NCBI GenBank assembly: GCA_036391835.1
Contig: DASVZC010000019.1
Location: forward strand, 919 to 64,918
Direction: 5' to 3'
DNA from: Ktedonobacterales bacterium
GTDB lineage: Bacteria > Chloroflexota > Ktedonobacteria > Ktedonobacterales > JADMIN01
Length of the DNA: 64,000 nucleotides
This document shows, in pieces, positions 37,936 to 47,253 of this stretch. A program made the translations under genes and the position numbers. A model generated the notes under the pieces. The model ran no database searches and was not told the DNA's origin. It was given only the letters and a program-made list of their open reading frames with translations. The first letter of the stretch is position 1. The number at the start of each line of letters is the position of its first letter.

Positions 37936-38091
37936 TGCATTGTCTCCTGCCTTGTCTCCAGTGACTGCCCACGGCTTCAACGCGGCTGTGAGATGGCATA
38001 GCGCATGCGTGCCGGAGTCCCGCTGAACATGATTCGGGCGTCTGACGCTCGGGTCCCTCAAGGTGTGATGTCTGTAGAAGGAGGATAGAAC

Positions 38092-38766
38092 GTGGCCAAT
38101 GAAGTGAAGGTACACGTAGAGAAACGTGAGGCGACCGGCAAAGCGGTCAGCAAACTCCGCAAGCAGGGGGTCATCCCCGCCAATATCAGCGGTGGCGGCA
38201 AGCCTTCCGTCGCTGTGCAGATAGGCGAGCAAGAGCTTGGCGCGCTCATCAAGCATCATGGCGCGCCGGTGCTGCGCATCTCCACAGCGGGCGCCAGCGG
38301 CACAGATACCGCTCTGCTAGCCAGGGTCGAGCGCGACGCCGTCAGCCGCGCCATCCTGCATGTGGACTTCCGCCGCGTGCTGCTCACCCAGCCGATCAAG
38401 GCGTACGTGCCACTCCACACCGAAGGTGAAGCGCCTGCCGTCAAGATTCACAACGGCGTGCTGCTACACGTATTGGAGTCGATTGAAGTCGAGGCGCTGC
38501 CTGCGAATCTGCCCGATGCCCTGACGATCGACATCAGTTCGCTCGAAGAACTGAATTCCACGCTAACGGCGAAGGACATCACGGTTCCGCCCAAGGTGCA
38601 GGTGCTCGCAGCGCCCGATGAACCCGTGATTACCGTCAAGGCGCCACGCATCGAGGTAGAAGAGCCGGTTGCTGCGGAGGAAGCAGCGCCAGAGGCCGCC
38701 GAGGCAGAGGAGGCTGCGGAGTCCAAGGGCGAGGCTGGCGAATCCGAGGCTACCAACAAGGAGTAG
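38092..38766 (+). CDS. rplY: 50S ribosomal protein L25/general stress protein Ctc
   Basis: GTG start with AAGGAGGA SD. KRxxxGKxxxxxLRxxGxIP N-terminus and an acidic C-terminal tail. Confidence 0.9.
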   Translation: MANEVKVHVEKREATGKAVSKLRKQGVIPANISGGGKPSVAVQIGEQELGALIKHHGAPVLRISTAGASGTDTALLARVERDAVSRAILHVDFRRVLLTQPIKAYVPLHTEGEAPAVKIHNGVLLHVLESIEVEALPANLPDALTIDISSLEELNSTLTAKDITVPPKVQVLAAPDEPVITVKAPRIEVEEPVAAEEAAPEAAEAEEAAESKGEAGESEATNKE

Positions 38767-38940
38767 CGCGCTGGCATCTGACGCCTGAATATCGTATCGT
38801 TTGTCTTGCCCGATGGCAGCACAAACGGCGCGACTATGCGAATCCGCTGGCCGCCTCGGAGGCAGTCAGCGGATTCGTCGATTCTACGAGCGGCGGGAGG
38901 GCCTCTCTTCGCCGCTCGATCTGCGGGAGACACAGGCGAC

Positions 38941-39747
38941 ATGGGAAACGTTCCGGCGGCGCTCGTCATCGGCTACGGGCTGGGCGCGCTTCTCCTCGGC
39001 CTGCTGGCGGGCGCGCTGGTCAACACGCTGGCTGATCGCGTCGTCGGTGTGGACGAACCCATCTGGAGCGCGCGCCAATGCCGGAAATGCCTGCAGGCAC
39101 TGCCGACCCCGTCTCCATTCGCGCCACCAGACCTCTTCAAGCGGCGAAAATGCGAGTCATGCGGACACCCCACATCGCGACGACGCCCGCTCGTCCAGCT
39201 TGCGCTTGCGCTCTTACTGCCGCTTGCGCTGTGGCGCGCTTATACGCCTGTCGCGACCCTGGACTCCCCCACCAGCGCGGCGCCGGGATGGGCCATCTTC
39301 GGGCTAGCGGCGATAGCACTCACTGCGCTGGCCTTCATCTTCGTGGTCGATCTGGAGCACCGGCTCATCTTCGATCTCTCGCTCTTCCCTCCACTCATCG
39401 CCATCATCGCCGCCGTCGCGCTCAGTGACCGCACGCATCTCGCCACCGTCCTCATTCCCGCCGTAGTGTGTGGTGTGATCTTTCTGCTGTTCTATGGGCT
39501 GGGGTGGCTACTCTACCGGCAAGAGGCGCTCGGCTTCGGTGACGTTAAGCTCGCGCTGCTGATCGGCGCTGTGGTTGGCTGGCAAGGTCTGACAGCTACC
39601 CTGATGGTCACAGTCGTTGTCGCCGCCATCATCAGTGTGCTCCTGCTGGCGAGTGGCGCGGCAGATCGGCGAACCTTCATCCCATTTGGAGTCTTCATGG
39701 CGCTTGCGGCGGCGCTAGTTCCACTCTTTACAGGTTTCCCGTGGTAG
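38941..39747 (+). CDS. A24-family prepilin peptidase
   Basis: N-terminal CxxC...CxxC zinc site (CRKC...CESC). Catalytic Asp motifs VVDLEHRLIFD and GFGDVKL. Polytopic. Confidence 0.85.
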   Translation: MGNVPAALVIGYGLGALLLGLLAGALVNTLADRVVGVDEPIWSARQCRKCLQALPTPSPFAPPDLFKRRKCESCGHPTSRRRPLVQLALALLLPLALWRAYTPVATLDSPTSAAPGWAIFGLAAIALTALAFIFVVDLEHRLIFDLSLFPPLIAIIAAVALSDRTHLATVLIPAVVCGVIFLLFYGLGWLLYRQEALGFGDVKLALLIGAVVGWQGLTATLMVTVVVAAIISVLLLASGAADRRTFIPFGVFMALAAALVPLFTGFPW

Positions 39748-39757
39748 AAATTTGACC

Positions 39758-39787
39758 TTGCATCACAATTTTGTGACGTGCTATTAT
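39758..39787 (+). promoter_or_regulatory. Promoter-like element with an embedded 14-bp palindrome
   Basis: TTGCAT (39758-39763), 18-nt spacer, TATTAT (39782-39787). The spacer contains TCACAA-TT-TTGTGA (39763-39776). About 220 nt upstream of the TetR gene. Confidence 0.4.
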
Positions 39788-40009
39788 TTGTCCAGTCAGT
39801 CAATTAACAGCCACCCCCTACCTGACAGAGTCGTCGCGGCCAGGGCTGGCGCATCAACCAACGCGCAGCAGCCACGGAAACGACACTCCCCCTCAGCATG
39901 AGCCTGATCGGGTCGCCTTCACTGTGACCAATGCGCATCAGGTACGAGGTCGAAGACTCTCGAAGCCTTCACACGGGCGCAACCACTGCGTCCCAGGGAG
40001 AGAATTACC

Positions 40010-40753
40010 ATGGCGCGCAAACCGGCGCCGCCCAGCGGTGATCGCCGACAGCAGATTCTGGAAGCGGCGCTCGACCTCTTCGCGGAGCAGGGACTCGAAG
40101 GCGCAACGTCGAAGGACATCGCTGAACGGGCCGAGGTCACACATGGCCTCATCTACTTCTATTTCAAGTCCAAAGAAGAGTTGTTCAAATCGGCATTTGA
40201 GTATGCGCTTCAACAGTCGCTGGACCAACTCGACATCGACGGCGCCCTGAAGAGCGATGAGCCACCCGAGCAGGCAATGACACATCTCCTGACGCGCCTG
40301 CTGGAGACGCTCACATCGCCCCACATGGTGACGATCATGCGGCTGATGATGCACACGATGGCGCGGCAAGACTGGCGCGACGGTCCGCTGCACGAGTGCA
40401 AACTCCAGATGGGAGCCACTGTGCGCATCGTCGTCTCTTCGGTACGCGACTATCTCGATCGGCAGGTGGCGCTCGGTCGTATTCGTCCGGTAAACACTGA
40501 AGTCGTCGCGCAGTTCCTGGTTGGCGGAGCCGCCACCGCGATGCGCTGGGCGAAAACAGGCGGAACCGCGCAGAATCTGCCGGCGGACACCGCCGCCATC
40601 ATCTCCGACACGTTCATGCGCGGCCTGCTGGCTGCGCCAGACTTACCAGAAAAGCCCCTGAGGGCCATCAAGGCCATCAAAACAGCCAGGGCGACTGCTG
40701 GCGCAACCGAAGTTAGCGCAAGCGCAGTAGCGTTCGGCCTCACTCAAGAGTAA
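40010..40753 (+). CDS. TetR/AcrR-family transcriptional regulator
   Basis: ILEAALDLFAEQGLEGATSKDIAERAEVTHGLIYFYFKSKEELF HTH. GGGAGAG SD. Confidence 0.85.
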   Translation: MARKPAPPSGDRRQQILEAALDLFAEQGLEGATSKDIAERAEVTHGLIYFYFKSKEELFKSAFEYALQQSLDQLDIDGALKSDEPPEQAMTHLLTRLLETLTSPHMVTIMRLMMHTMARQDWRDGPLHECKLQMGATVRIVVSSVRDYLDRQVALGRIRPVNTEVVAQFLVGGAATAMRWAKTGGTAQNLPADTAAIISDTFMRGLLAAPDLPEKPLRAIKAIKTARATAGATEVSASAVAFGLTQE

Positions 40754-40788
40754 TTCCGCAGTAATTCCGCGGCATAGCCGACCGGTAG

Positions 40789-42702
40789 ATGTCCACGAAA
40801 GGATCTACGACAGTGGAAGCCAATCCGCCCACGACAGGGGCGACCGTACAACATCCAGAGCGCATGAGGCTCCGGGGCGCGGCGCTTGCTAGCGTGCTGG
40901 CCGCCTTGATGATAACCCTGCTGCTCTCCGCGCTCGACCAGACCATCGTCGGCACAGCGCTGCCCACCATCATCGCCGAACTCAACGGCGTAGACCGCTA
41001 TACCTGGGTCATCACGGCCTACCTGCTCACGTCTACCACCGTCATTCCGATGGTATCGAAACTCTCAGACCAGTTTGGCCGCAAATGGTTCCTGATCGTC
41101 GCCGTCGTCATCTTCCTGGCGGGTTCGGCGCTCTCTGGAGCCGCGCAGGACATGAACCAACTGATCGGCTTCCGCGCCCTGCAGGGTGTGGGCGGCGGCA
41201 TGCTCGCCTCGCTGGTCTTCACGCTGGTCGGTGATATCTTCACCCCTGCCGAACGCGCTCGCTGGCAGGGCCTCTTCTCTGGCGTCTTCGGACTCGCCAG
41301 CGTGATTGGCCCATCGCTCGGCGGCTGGATCACCGACAACACCTCGTGGCGCTGGGTGTTCTATGTGAACATCCCCCTCGGGTTCATCTCACTGGCGCTG
41401 TTGTTCTTCTTCCTGCCGTCGAATATCTCCATTCGCACGGTGGTCGGCGACCGGCACCCGCTCGCTCGCATCGACTGGATTGGTTCCATCACATCGGCCT
41501 CGGCGACAGTGCTGCTGTTGCTTGGTCTGACCTGGGGCGGCGTCACGTATACCTGGACCTCCTGGCAGGTGATTGGCGCGCTGGTGGCCGCTGGTGTGCT
41601 CTACATCACGTTCATCATCGCTGAAACGCGAGCGAGCGATCCGATTCTGCCGCTCGACCTGTTCAAGAACCAGATCTTCACGGCGGGCGCACTGCTGGCG
41701 CTGGTTGTTGGCCTGATGCTCTTTGCGATCGTGATCTACCTGCCGATCTACCTGCAGGGTGTGCTGGGTGTCAAGGCGACGAACTCTGGTGTGGTCGTCA
41801 CGCCGTTGGTCGTCACCATGGCTATCGCCGCCGCGCTGATCGGCTTCGTGGTGACGCGCATCGGGCGCTACCAGTTCATCTCTGTGATCGGCGCGGTAGT
41901 GCTGACTGGCGGTGTCTATCTGCTCTCGACGATGGGCATCAACACCACGCAGCAGACCGTCGTGATCTTCATGATCGTGGTCGGCGTCGGCATGGGCCTC
42001 TTGCAGCCAGTCATGACGCTGGCCGTGCAGAACGCCATTCCGCGAACGCGACTTGGCGCTGGCACGGGCGCGGTGACATACCTGCGTACACTCGGCTCGA
42101 CGCTTGGCACCGCCATCGTCGGCTCCATCGTTACGAACACGTCTGAGTCGTATCTGAACCCGCGCCTGGGCAACATCCAGAACGGCACGACGCTCGTGAA
42201 CGGCATTCGTTCCGCGACGGGCACGCTGACCAATTCGCAGGCGCTGCAACCGCTGCTGACCGACGCGAACATCCGTGACAAGGTGCTTACTTCGGCGCAG
42301 AAGGCCGCAACCGCGCAGGCGACAAAGCAGGCGGTGGCGCAGGCGACCGCTCAGGTGCCACCATCCACGCCGCACTATGACCAGGTGATCGCGGCGATTA
42401 CCGCCAAGGTAACGGCTCAGGTGCAGGCGACTGTGCCAGGCAAGGTGGCGGATACGTTCAATCAGGTGCTCGACGTTGGTAAGCACGCGCTGGCCAATGG
42501 CATCCACGACGCCTTCCTGGTTGCGGTCGGCATCGGTGGCCTGCTGATCGTCACCACCCTCTTCCTGAAGGATGTGCCACTGCGCGGCCGCATGGCGCCA
42601 AGCATGGCGGAAGGCGCAGAGGCGAGCTTCGAGCCGATGGCTGATGGTGTCGGCGAGACACCTAGTATCGGCGCAACCGCGTTCAGCGCGGAAGGCGCAT
42701 AA
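40789..42702 (+). CDS. MFS drug:H+ antiporter, DHA2 (EmrB/QacA, 14-TM) family
   Basis: LDQTIVGTALPTI, GKLSDQFGRKW and FRALQGVGGG motifs. 637 aa with a long C-terminal extension. Confidence 0.9.
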   Translation: MSTKGSTTVEANPPTTGATVQHPERMRLRGAALASVLAALMITLLLSALDQTIVGTALPTIIAELNGVDRYTWVITAYLLTSTTVIPMVSKLSDQFGRKWFLIVAVVIFLAGSALSGAAQDMNQLIGFRALQGVGGGMLASLVFTLVGDIFTPAERARWQGLFSGVFGLASVIGPSLGGWITDNTSWRWVFYVNIPLGFISLALLFFFLPSNISIRTVVGDRHPLARIDWIGSITSASATVLLLLGLTWGGVTYTWTSWQVIGALVAAGVLYITFIIAETRASDPILPLDLFKNQIFTAGALLALVVGLMLFAIVIYLPIYLQGVLGVKATNSGVVVTPLVVTMAIAAALIGFVVTRIGRYQFISVIGAVVLTGGVYLLSTMGINTTQQTVVIFMIVVGVGMGLLQPVMTLAVQNAIPRTRLGAGTGAVTYLRTLGSTLGTAIVGSIVTNTSESYLNPRLGNIQNGTTLVNGIRSATGTLTNSQALQPLLTDANIRDKVLTSAQKAATAQATKQAVAQATAQVPPSTPHYDQVIAAITAKVTAQVQATVPGKVADTFNQVLDVGKHALANGIHDAFLVAVGIGGLLIVTTLFLKDVPLRGRMAPSMAEGAEASFEPMADGVGETPSIGATAFSAEGA

Positions 42703-42725
42703 CTTTCAAGCAAGCAAAACGAAAA

Positions 42726-42755
42726 GGCTCGTTTCCCAGTGATTGGGAACGAGCC
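42726..42755. terminator. Bidirectional intrinsic terminator
   Basis: GGCTCGTTTCCCA-gtga-TTGGGAACGAGCC, flanked by an A-rich 5' side and a T-rich 3' side. Lies between convergent genes. Confidence 0.7.
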
Positions 42756-42793
42756 TGTTGCTGTATAGAGAAGCGCCTCAGCGGGACGACCCC

Positions 42794-44392
42794 CTACTGC
42801 GCCGGAATACCAGTCCAGACTCCGTGGTCATAGTGGAGCATCGCCGTGCCCGTGGATGTTTGCGCAATGGCATACCCGTCGGACGGCGAGACGAACGAGA
42901 CTGACTTGATATCAATGATGCCTTCCGGCGGTGGCGACCACGTCCATACGCCAGCGCTCTTGTGCGCCATAGACATAGACATCGACCCGCCACCTTCTTT
43001 CCATGTGAAAGCCCAGACGTCAGATGGAGCCGCGGCTGCGATCTTCATCAACGAAGGGTCCGCCATAGAGTCCTGCACATTACTCACCTGCTCGCGAGTC
43101 CAGTGCACGCCGTCGAAGTGCGCGACCAGCGGACCCACGTGGTCGCCGTTGGCATCTTTGTATGGGTAACTTCCCGAGAGCCACACATCATCTGGCGCCG
43201 ACATCGAGACGGAATACATGGCAGGATATGTGACGCCAATGTGCTGTCCTGACCATGTCGTCCATGTCCCGTCATGGTAATGCGCCGCCATGAAATTGCC
43301 GCCGCTCTGAGTGCCATATCCAACAACCCAGCAATCGTTAGGCGCAACAGCCGCGATGTCCCACAATATGAGCGAATGTGACGGGTCAAATGTGAGGGGA
43401 ACTTGGCTCCATTCGCCATTCTGGTAATGGAACAGCGTATATGCATACGCTTTTGTGTATGGGGTGACGTGCAACCCGCCACCGTCGACCAGCATCCAGC
43501 CATCCCCACTGGATGTCATGCGGACTTTCGCGTAGATAGCCGCCCCAACTCCCGATACACTGACAGAGCGCCACTGGCTGCCGTCATAGTGTAAGACAAT
43601 CACATGTACGCCTCCCCACTGATGTTGTGGGTTGTCGCTCGTCGGCGTTGGATTGAAGTCCTTGAGCATCACGCCCACAGCCCACCCGTCACTCGCGGAA
43701 CGCATGGAGACGCTAAGTAGTTCGGCGGCGGGAATGTTGTCAGCCACTGGCTGCCACTGGCAATTCTGGAAACGCACGAGCAATGTTTTCGGCGCAGTCG
43801 CCGAGCTCGGATCACCAATCCAGCCAACAGCCCAGCCATCTCGTGGCGATGTCATGCTGATATCCGAAAGACCCGCGCCCTGGGGGAGCATGGCGTGTAA
43901 CGCACTCGCCGCGCAGGTCGTTGGCGCGCCTGTGGTCGTCACCACGCGCCTCGCCTCATGGCGCATATGTGAACCGATGACGCCAAAAATTGCTACGATC
44001 ATCGCGACCAATAGCGCGACAGCAGGAAGCGCGAATGCGGGCCGCCGCGCACGACCAGATTGGGCGCTTTTCTGCCACCGCGTACTGGACGATGGCGTGT
44101 CGGAGTCCACAAGCCGCAACGGATGTTCAGAAAACGACGTCTCTGGGGAACGCTGTGTCAACGCGCTCCGCAACGTCAGCCAGGCGGCTGCCTCTTGCGC
44201 ATCTGGTGGGATGCGCTTGTCGCTTGCATCGAGGGCGCTGGCGACTGCGCTCCAGAGCCTACCCTCCGCCTGACATGCCTTGCAGTGTGCGAGGTGTCGC
44301 TCCACTGCCATTCGCTCAGATGTCGAGAGGTTCCCAGAGCGATACAAAGGAAGGCGCTCGCGGCAGGCAGAACACGTCAAATCAGGCGTCAT
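42794..44392 (-). CDS. Zinc-finger anti-sigma factor with an extracytoplasmic 7-repeat beta-propeller-like domain
   Basis: N-terminal HLAHCKAC (ZAS-type) motif, one TM, then seven repeats of the pattern s.s..DGWAVG ... l.HYDG..W. The start overlaps the sigma stop by 11 nt. Confidence 0.8.
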   Translation of the reverse strand: MTPDLTCSACRERLPLYRSGNLSTSERMAVERHLAHCKACQAEGRLWSAVASALDASDKRIPPDAQEAAAWLTLRSALTQRSPETSFSEHPLRLVDSDTPSSSTRWQKSAQSGRARRPAFALPAVALLVAMIVAIFGVIGSHMRHEARRVVTTTGAPTTCAASALHAMLPQGAGLSDISMTSPRDGWAVGWIGDPSSATAPKTLLVRFQNCQWQPVADNIPAAELLSVSMRSASDGWAVGVMLKDFNPTPTSDNPQHQWGGVHVIVLHYDGSQWRSVSVSGVGAAIYAKVRMTSSGDGWMLVDGGGLHVTPYTKAYAYTLFHYQNGEWSQVPLTFDPSHSLILWDIAAVAPNDCWVVGYGTQSGGNFMAAHYHDGTWTTWSGQHIGVTYPAMYSVSMSAPDDVWLSGSYPYKDANGDHVGPLVAHFDGVHWTREQVSNVQDSMADPSLMKIAAAAPSDVWAFTWKEGGGSMSMSMAHKSAGVWTWSPPPEGIIDIKSVSFVSPSDGYAIAQTSTGTAMLHYDHGVWTGIPAQ

Positions 44393-44972
44393 GGCGCACC
44401 TCCTGCGCAAGCGCCGTCTCCAGCGCGCGCATCAACGATTTGCGAGCATAGTTGATTCGGCTCTTGACCGTGCCAATGGGTACGTCGAGAATCTGCGCAG
44501 CTTCCTGGAGGGCGAAGCCATATTGAAATACAAGCGTCAGCACTTCGCGGTGCTTTGACGAAAGGCTATCGAGCGCCTCCTCTAGCGCCATCTGATCGAG
44601 CACTATACTGTCGAAGGCTTCATATGTGGTGGCAGGTTCATCTGCTAGGTCGCGCTCCTCAGCCGCATCGAGGCGATGCGTCTCGGGTTGGCGGGCGAGT
44701 CGCCGCCACGCGCTCACGGCGACATGGTGGGCAATCTGGTAGACCCAAGTGGAGACACGCGCCTCAGCACGATACCCATCTGCGCTACGCCACACGGCGA
44801 GAAAGACGTCTTGCAGCGCTTCTTCAACTGCCGCGAGATCACCATCGAGGTGATGCCAGAGATAGCGGCGCAGGCGTGGCCTGTAGGTACGATAGAGTTG
44901 ATGGAGGGCTTCCTCGTCCCCCGCAGCAACCTGAGCAAGCAACACTTGTTCTTCCTGCATGACTCTTCCCAT
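44382..44972 (-). CDS. ECF-type RNA polymerase sigma factor
   Basis: Region 2 (LQDVFLAVWRSADGYRAEARVSTWVYQIAHHVAV) and region 4 (HREVLTLVFQYGFALQEAAQILDVPIGTVKSRINYARKSL). Confidence 0.85.
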   Translation of the reverse strand: MGRVMQEEQVLLAQVAAGDEEALHQLYRTYRPRLRRYLWHHLDGDLAAVEEALQDVFLAVWRSADGYRAEARVSTWVYQIAHHVAVSAWRRLARQPETHRLDAAEERDLADEPATTYEAFDSIVLDQMALEEALDSLSSKHREVLTLVFQYGFALQEAAQILDVPIGTVKSRINYARKSLMRALETALAQEVRHDA

Positions 44973-45259
44973 CTGCGCCTACTTGCACCTGGCGCCGTAC
45001 ACGACGGCAGTGTGTACTTTCACGAGGAATAGGTAGATGGGAACACGCAAAAGGTTCAATCTGATCGCTTGGCGCGAGCCCATAAGAGGGTGGAGAAGAA
45101 ATATTGGCGACGGCGTATGTGCGCCACATCTCGAGGCGACTGTGGCAAGGTATGGATTGGAGGCTTTATGGATAGGATGAGGCTTCGCTTCCGCCGCCGG
45201 AAGTGAAGAGGGAGGTGTTCAGATCGTGTATGGCCAGAGAGACGTGTTGTCGCCGTGTG

Positions 45260-45466
45260 TTAGCGACTGACGGCGAGCGCTTTTTCGCCCACGAGATCCT
45301 GAATCTCACGTAGGCGGCGCTCGGCGAGTTCCACATTCTCCAGCGCCTGCGCCAGGATACGTTCTTCGATGGTGGGGAAAATCTGCTCGATGCCAGGATC
45401 AAAGTGGTTGTCGAGCAGCTCAAGCGCGCGCGCGAGCCGGTCGGTCTCATTCAACACGCGGGTCAT
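45260..45466 (-). CDS. Small helical hypothetical protein (68 aa)
   Basis: GAGGTGA SD about 7 nt upstream of the ATG. No family recognised. Confidence 0.5.
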   Translation of the reverse strand: MTRVLNETDRLARALELLDNHFDPGIEQIFPTIEERILAQALENVELAERRLREIQDLVGEKALAVSR

Positions 45467-45837
45467 TGTCGTTTCACCTCAACCTCTTCAGTGAATCTCA
45501 TCTCGAGCAAGCCCCTCGCTTACCCGTTCCCCATCCGTCGAATCTTTGGCCATCAGCCGCAGCGCTGTGAGCACGCAAGCGCCATGCCGTACCCCAACTG
45601 AGCGCAGGTCGTTGCGTCTATCAACTGGCGCGCCGGTCTGCATGACAGCCATCTATCTATACGATGGATAGAACGCTGCTCTTACATCACTGACCGATTG
45701 TCTTACTCACCACCACACATATGTCACAGGCGCCCCGGCCACGCCAGAGTGTACCAGAGGGCAGCAAGTAGGGCAACGGCGCCCGGAGGTTTGTTCACAC
45801 AACAGACACGCGACGCGCGAAAATGCGCGGAAAACGC

Positions 45838-45867
45838 TTGACACGCCGAGACCCGCGCACATACAAT
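45838..45867 (+). promoter_or_regulatory. Near-consensus sigma-70 promoter
   Basis: TTGACA (45838-45843), 18-nt spacer, TACAAT (45862-45867). About 190 nt upstream of the 46061 ATG. Confidence 0.55.
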
Positions 45868-46060
45868 CGCTTGAGGCGCCCGAGGCGGCGCCTTTCCGTC
45901 GTGAGCGAGGGTTCACGATGGACCCAGGAACGCGCCGTCGTAGAGACTGCCATACCGGGCGGCGCCAACGGCGTCTGTGGCGAGGGCATGGTCGCATGGC
46001 CACGAACGTCCCGCTGCGTGAGTCGCCGATTCATGGCGAGAAGGTTGAGCGAGAAGCAGC

Positions 46061-46573
46061 ATGGTCAGAGCAGATAACAAGCAGGATTCCGACCGCCCAC
46101 ATTTCTATTCGCAGTATTGGATTGATGTGGCGATGGGGAAGCCTACCGCCGCAGCCGTCACGGCGCCGGTAGAGGAAGAGATCGAAGACGAGGATGACTT
46201 TGCCTTCGCCGCGCCACAGGCCGAAGTGAAGCCAGATACGCGCAGTAAAGCGAGCAAGGTCACCGAAAAGAAGGCCGATACGGGCCACTCGACGCTGACG
46301 TCCCTCGCAGACCTGGCGAACATCGACATGCTGATGAAGAACTCCGCCGAGATGGACGACACGATGATGCCTGACATCACCGCGGGTCTTGGCGCTGCCG
46401 CGACGCCAAGCGTCGGCGACCTCGACTACGACACCTCGGACGAGGAAGCGACCGCCAGCGCGGATGAAGAATTCGCGTATGAGGACGAGGACGAAGAAGA
46501 CGAGGACTGGGGCAACTCGCGTCGCAAGAAGCCTGGCAAGAGCAAGCGCCGCGAGCCGCACCGCGACTTCTAG
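46061..46573 (+). CDS. Highly acidic, probably disordered protein with a basic C-terminal tail
   Basis: 170 aa, GC-rich third codon positions. N-terminus RPHFYSQYWIDVA, long D/E tracts (EDEDEEDEDW), and the ending RRKKPGKSKRREPHRDF. Confidence 0.6.
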   Translation: MVRADNKQDSDRPHFYSQYWIDVAMGKPTAAAVTAPVEEEIEDEDDFAFAAPQAEVKPDTRSKASKVTEKKADTGHSTLTSLADLANIDMLMKNSAEMDDTMMPDITAGLGAAATPSVGDLDYDTSDEEATASADEEFAYEDEDEEDEDWGNSRRKKPGKSKRREPHRDF

Positions 46574-46673
46574 TCGACTTCTAGTCGGCGCCTCCGCGCG
46601 GCTGAGGATTGACTCAGAGCAAAAGAACGACGGCGTTCCACGACGCAACGTGGAGCGCCGTTTTCGCTGCTGG

Positions 46674-47030
46674 TCACTCGGCCACGGGGCGCAGTTCAAG
46701 CACGTGGCCAGGCTGCGAGCCATCGGCGCGACCAGCCGGCAACTCGATGCAGAAGAGCGCGCCGGGCGCAATAGGGCCAATCGTCCAGGGGCGCAGACGG
46801 CGGCCAATCCGCGTCACACGCTGCGCGTCATCCAGAAAGATGGCGTCAATTGGGAAGCGCATGAAGAACATATGGATGCTGCCCGTCGCGGTGAGCACGA
46901 GTCCGGCGCCACTGGGCAACTCCGCGCGTCCCTGTAGTCCCATAAACCGTGTCCAGAAAGTCTCGGCCAGTTCGGCGCGCTCGGCCAGTGTCTCGCCCGT
47001 TGTCACATTTACCACTCGCACATAGCGCAT
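46674..47030 (-). CDS. DUF192 family protein
   Basis: Start MRYVRVVNVTTGE with GGAAGGTG SD. The pattern FMGLQGRAELPSGAGLVL...SIHMFFMRFPIDAIFLD is typical of DUF192. Confidence 0.8.
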   Translation of the reverse strand: MRYVRVVNVTTGETLAERAELAETFWTRFMGLQGRAELPSGAGLVLTATGSIHMFFMRFPIDAIFLDDAQRVTRIGRRLRPWTIGPIAPGALFCIELPAGRADGSQPGHVLELRPVAE

Positions 47031-47253
47031 CGCACGGACACCTTCCACTCGTTCACCGTCTATTTCTCGTAGATCTCTCTTAACAAGCCCAATCAAAACT
47101 GACCAGGAGCATGCGCACACAAGCGCGAGCACATGGCTCGCGTCTTGCGCTGACCCATCCGGTAGGATACGCTCTACGAGATGGTAGCATTGACACACGA
47201 CCAACTCAACCAGAAGGTCGTCACAATACAAGGAACTATACAAGGAGCCGGCA

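Noticed and set aside
39763-39776. Rex-type redox operator (the TTGTGA/TCACAA half-sites are reminiscent of Rex boxes, and cydAB is in the window).
   Set aside because: The half-sites are in the opposite arrangement and spacing (TCACAA-TT-TTGTGA versus TTGTGAA-N4-TTCACAA). The site is not near cydA. No such motif was seen in the cydA upstream region 24930-25142, which has only a 9-bp tandem cgttcgcat x2.
45037-45180. 47-codon basic ORF (MGTRKRFNLIAWREP...) and an ECF-like GGGAAC -35 motif between the ECF sigma gene and the 68-aa gene.
   Set aside because: Composition is atypical for this genome. No matching -10 (CGTC-type) sits at the right spacing. No supporting conservation can be assessed here.
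45918-46172. 84-codon Arg-rich ORF with a GAGGG SD inside the leader, overlapping the start of the acidic-protein gene.
   Set aside because: The extremely Arg-rich composition is typical of an off-frame in GC-rich DNA. It overlaps a better-supported ORF in another frame. Possible uORF function cannot be excluded without Ribo-seq.
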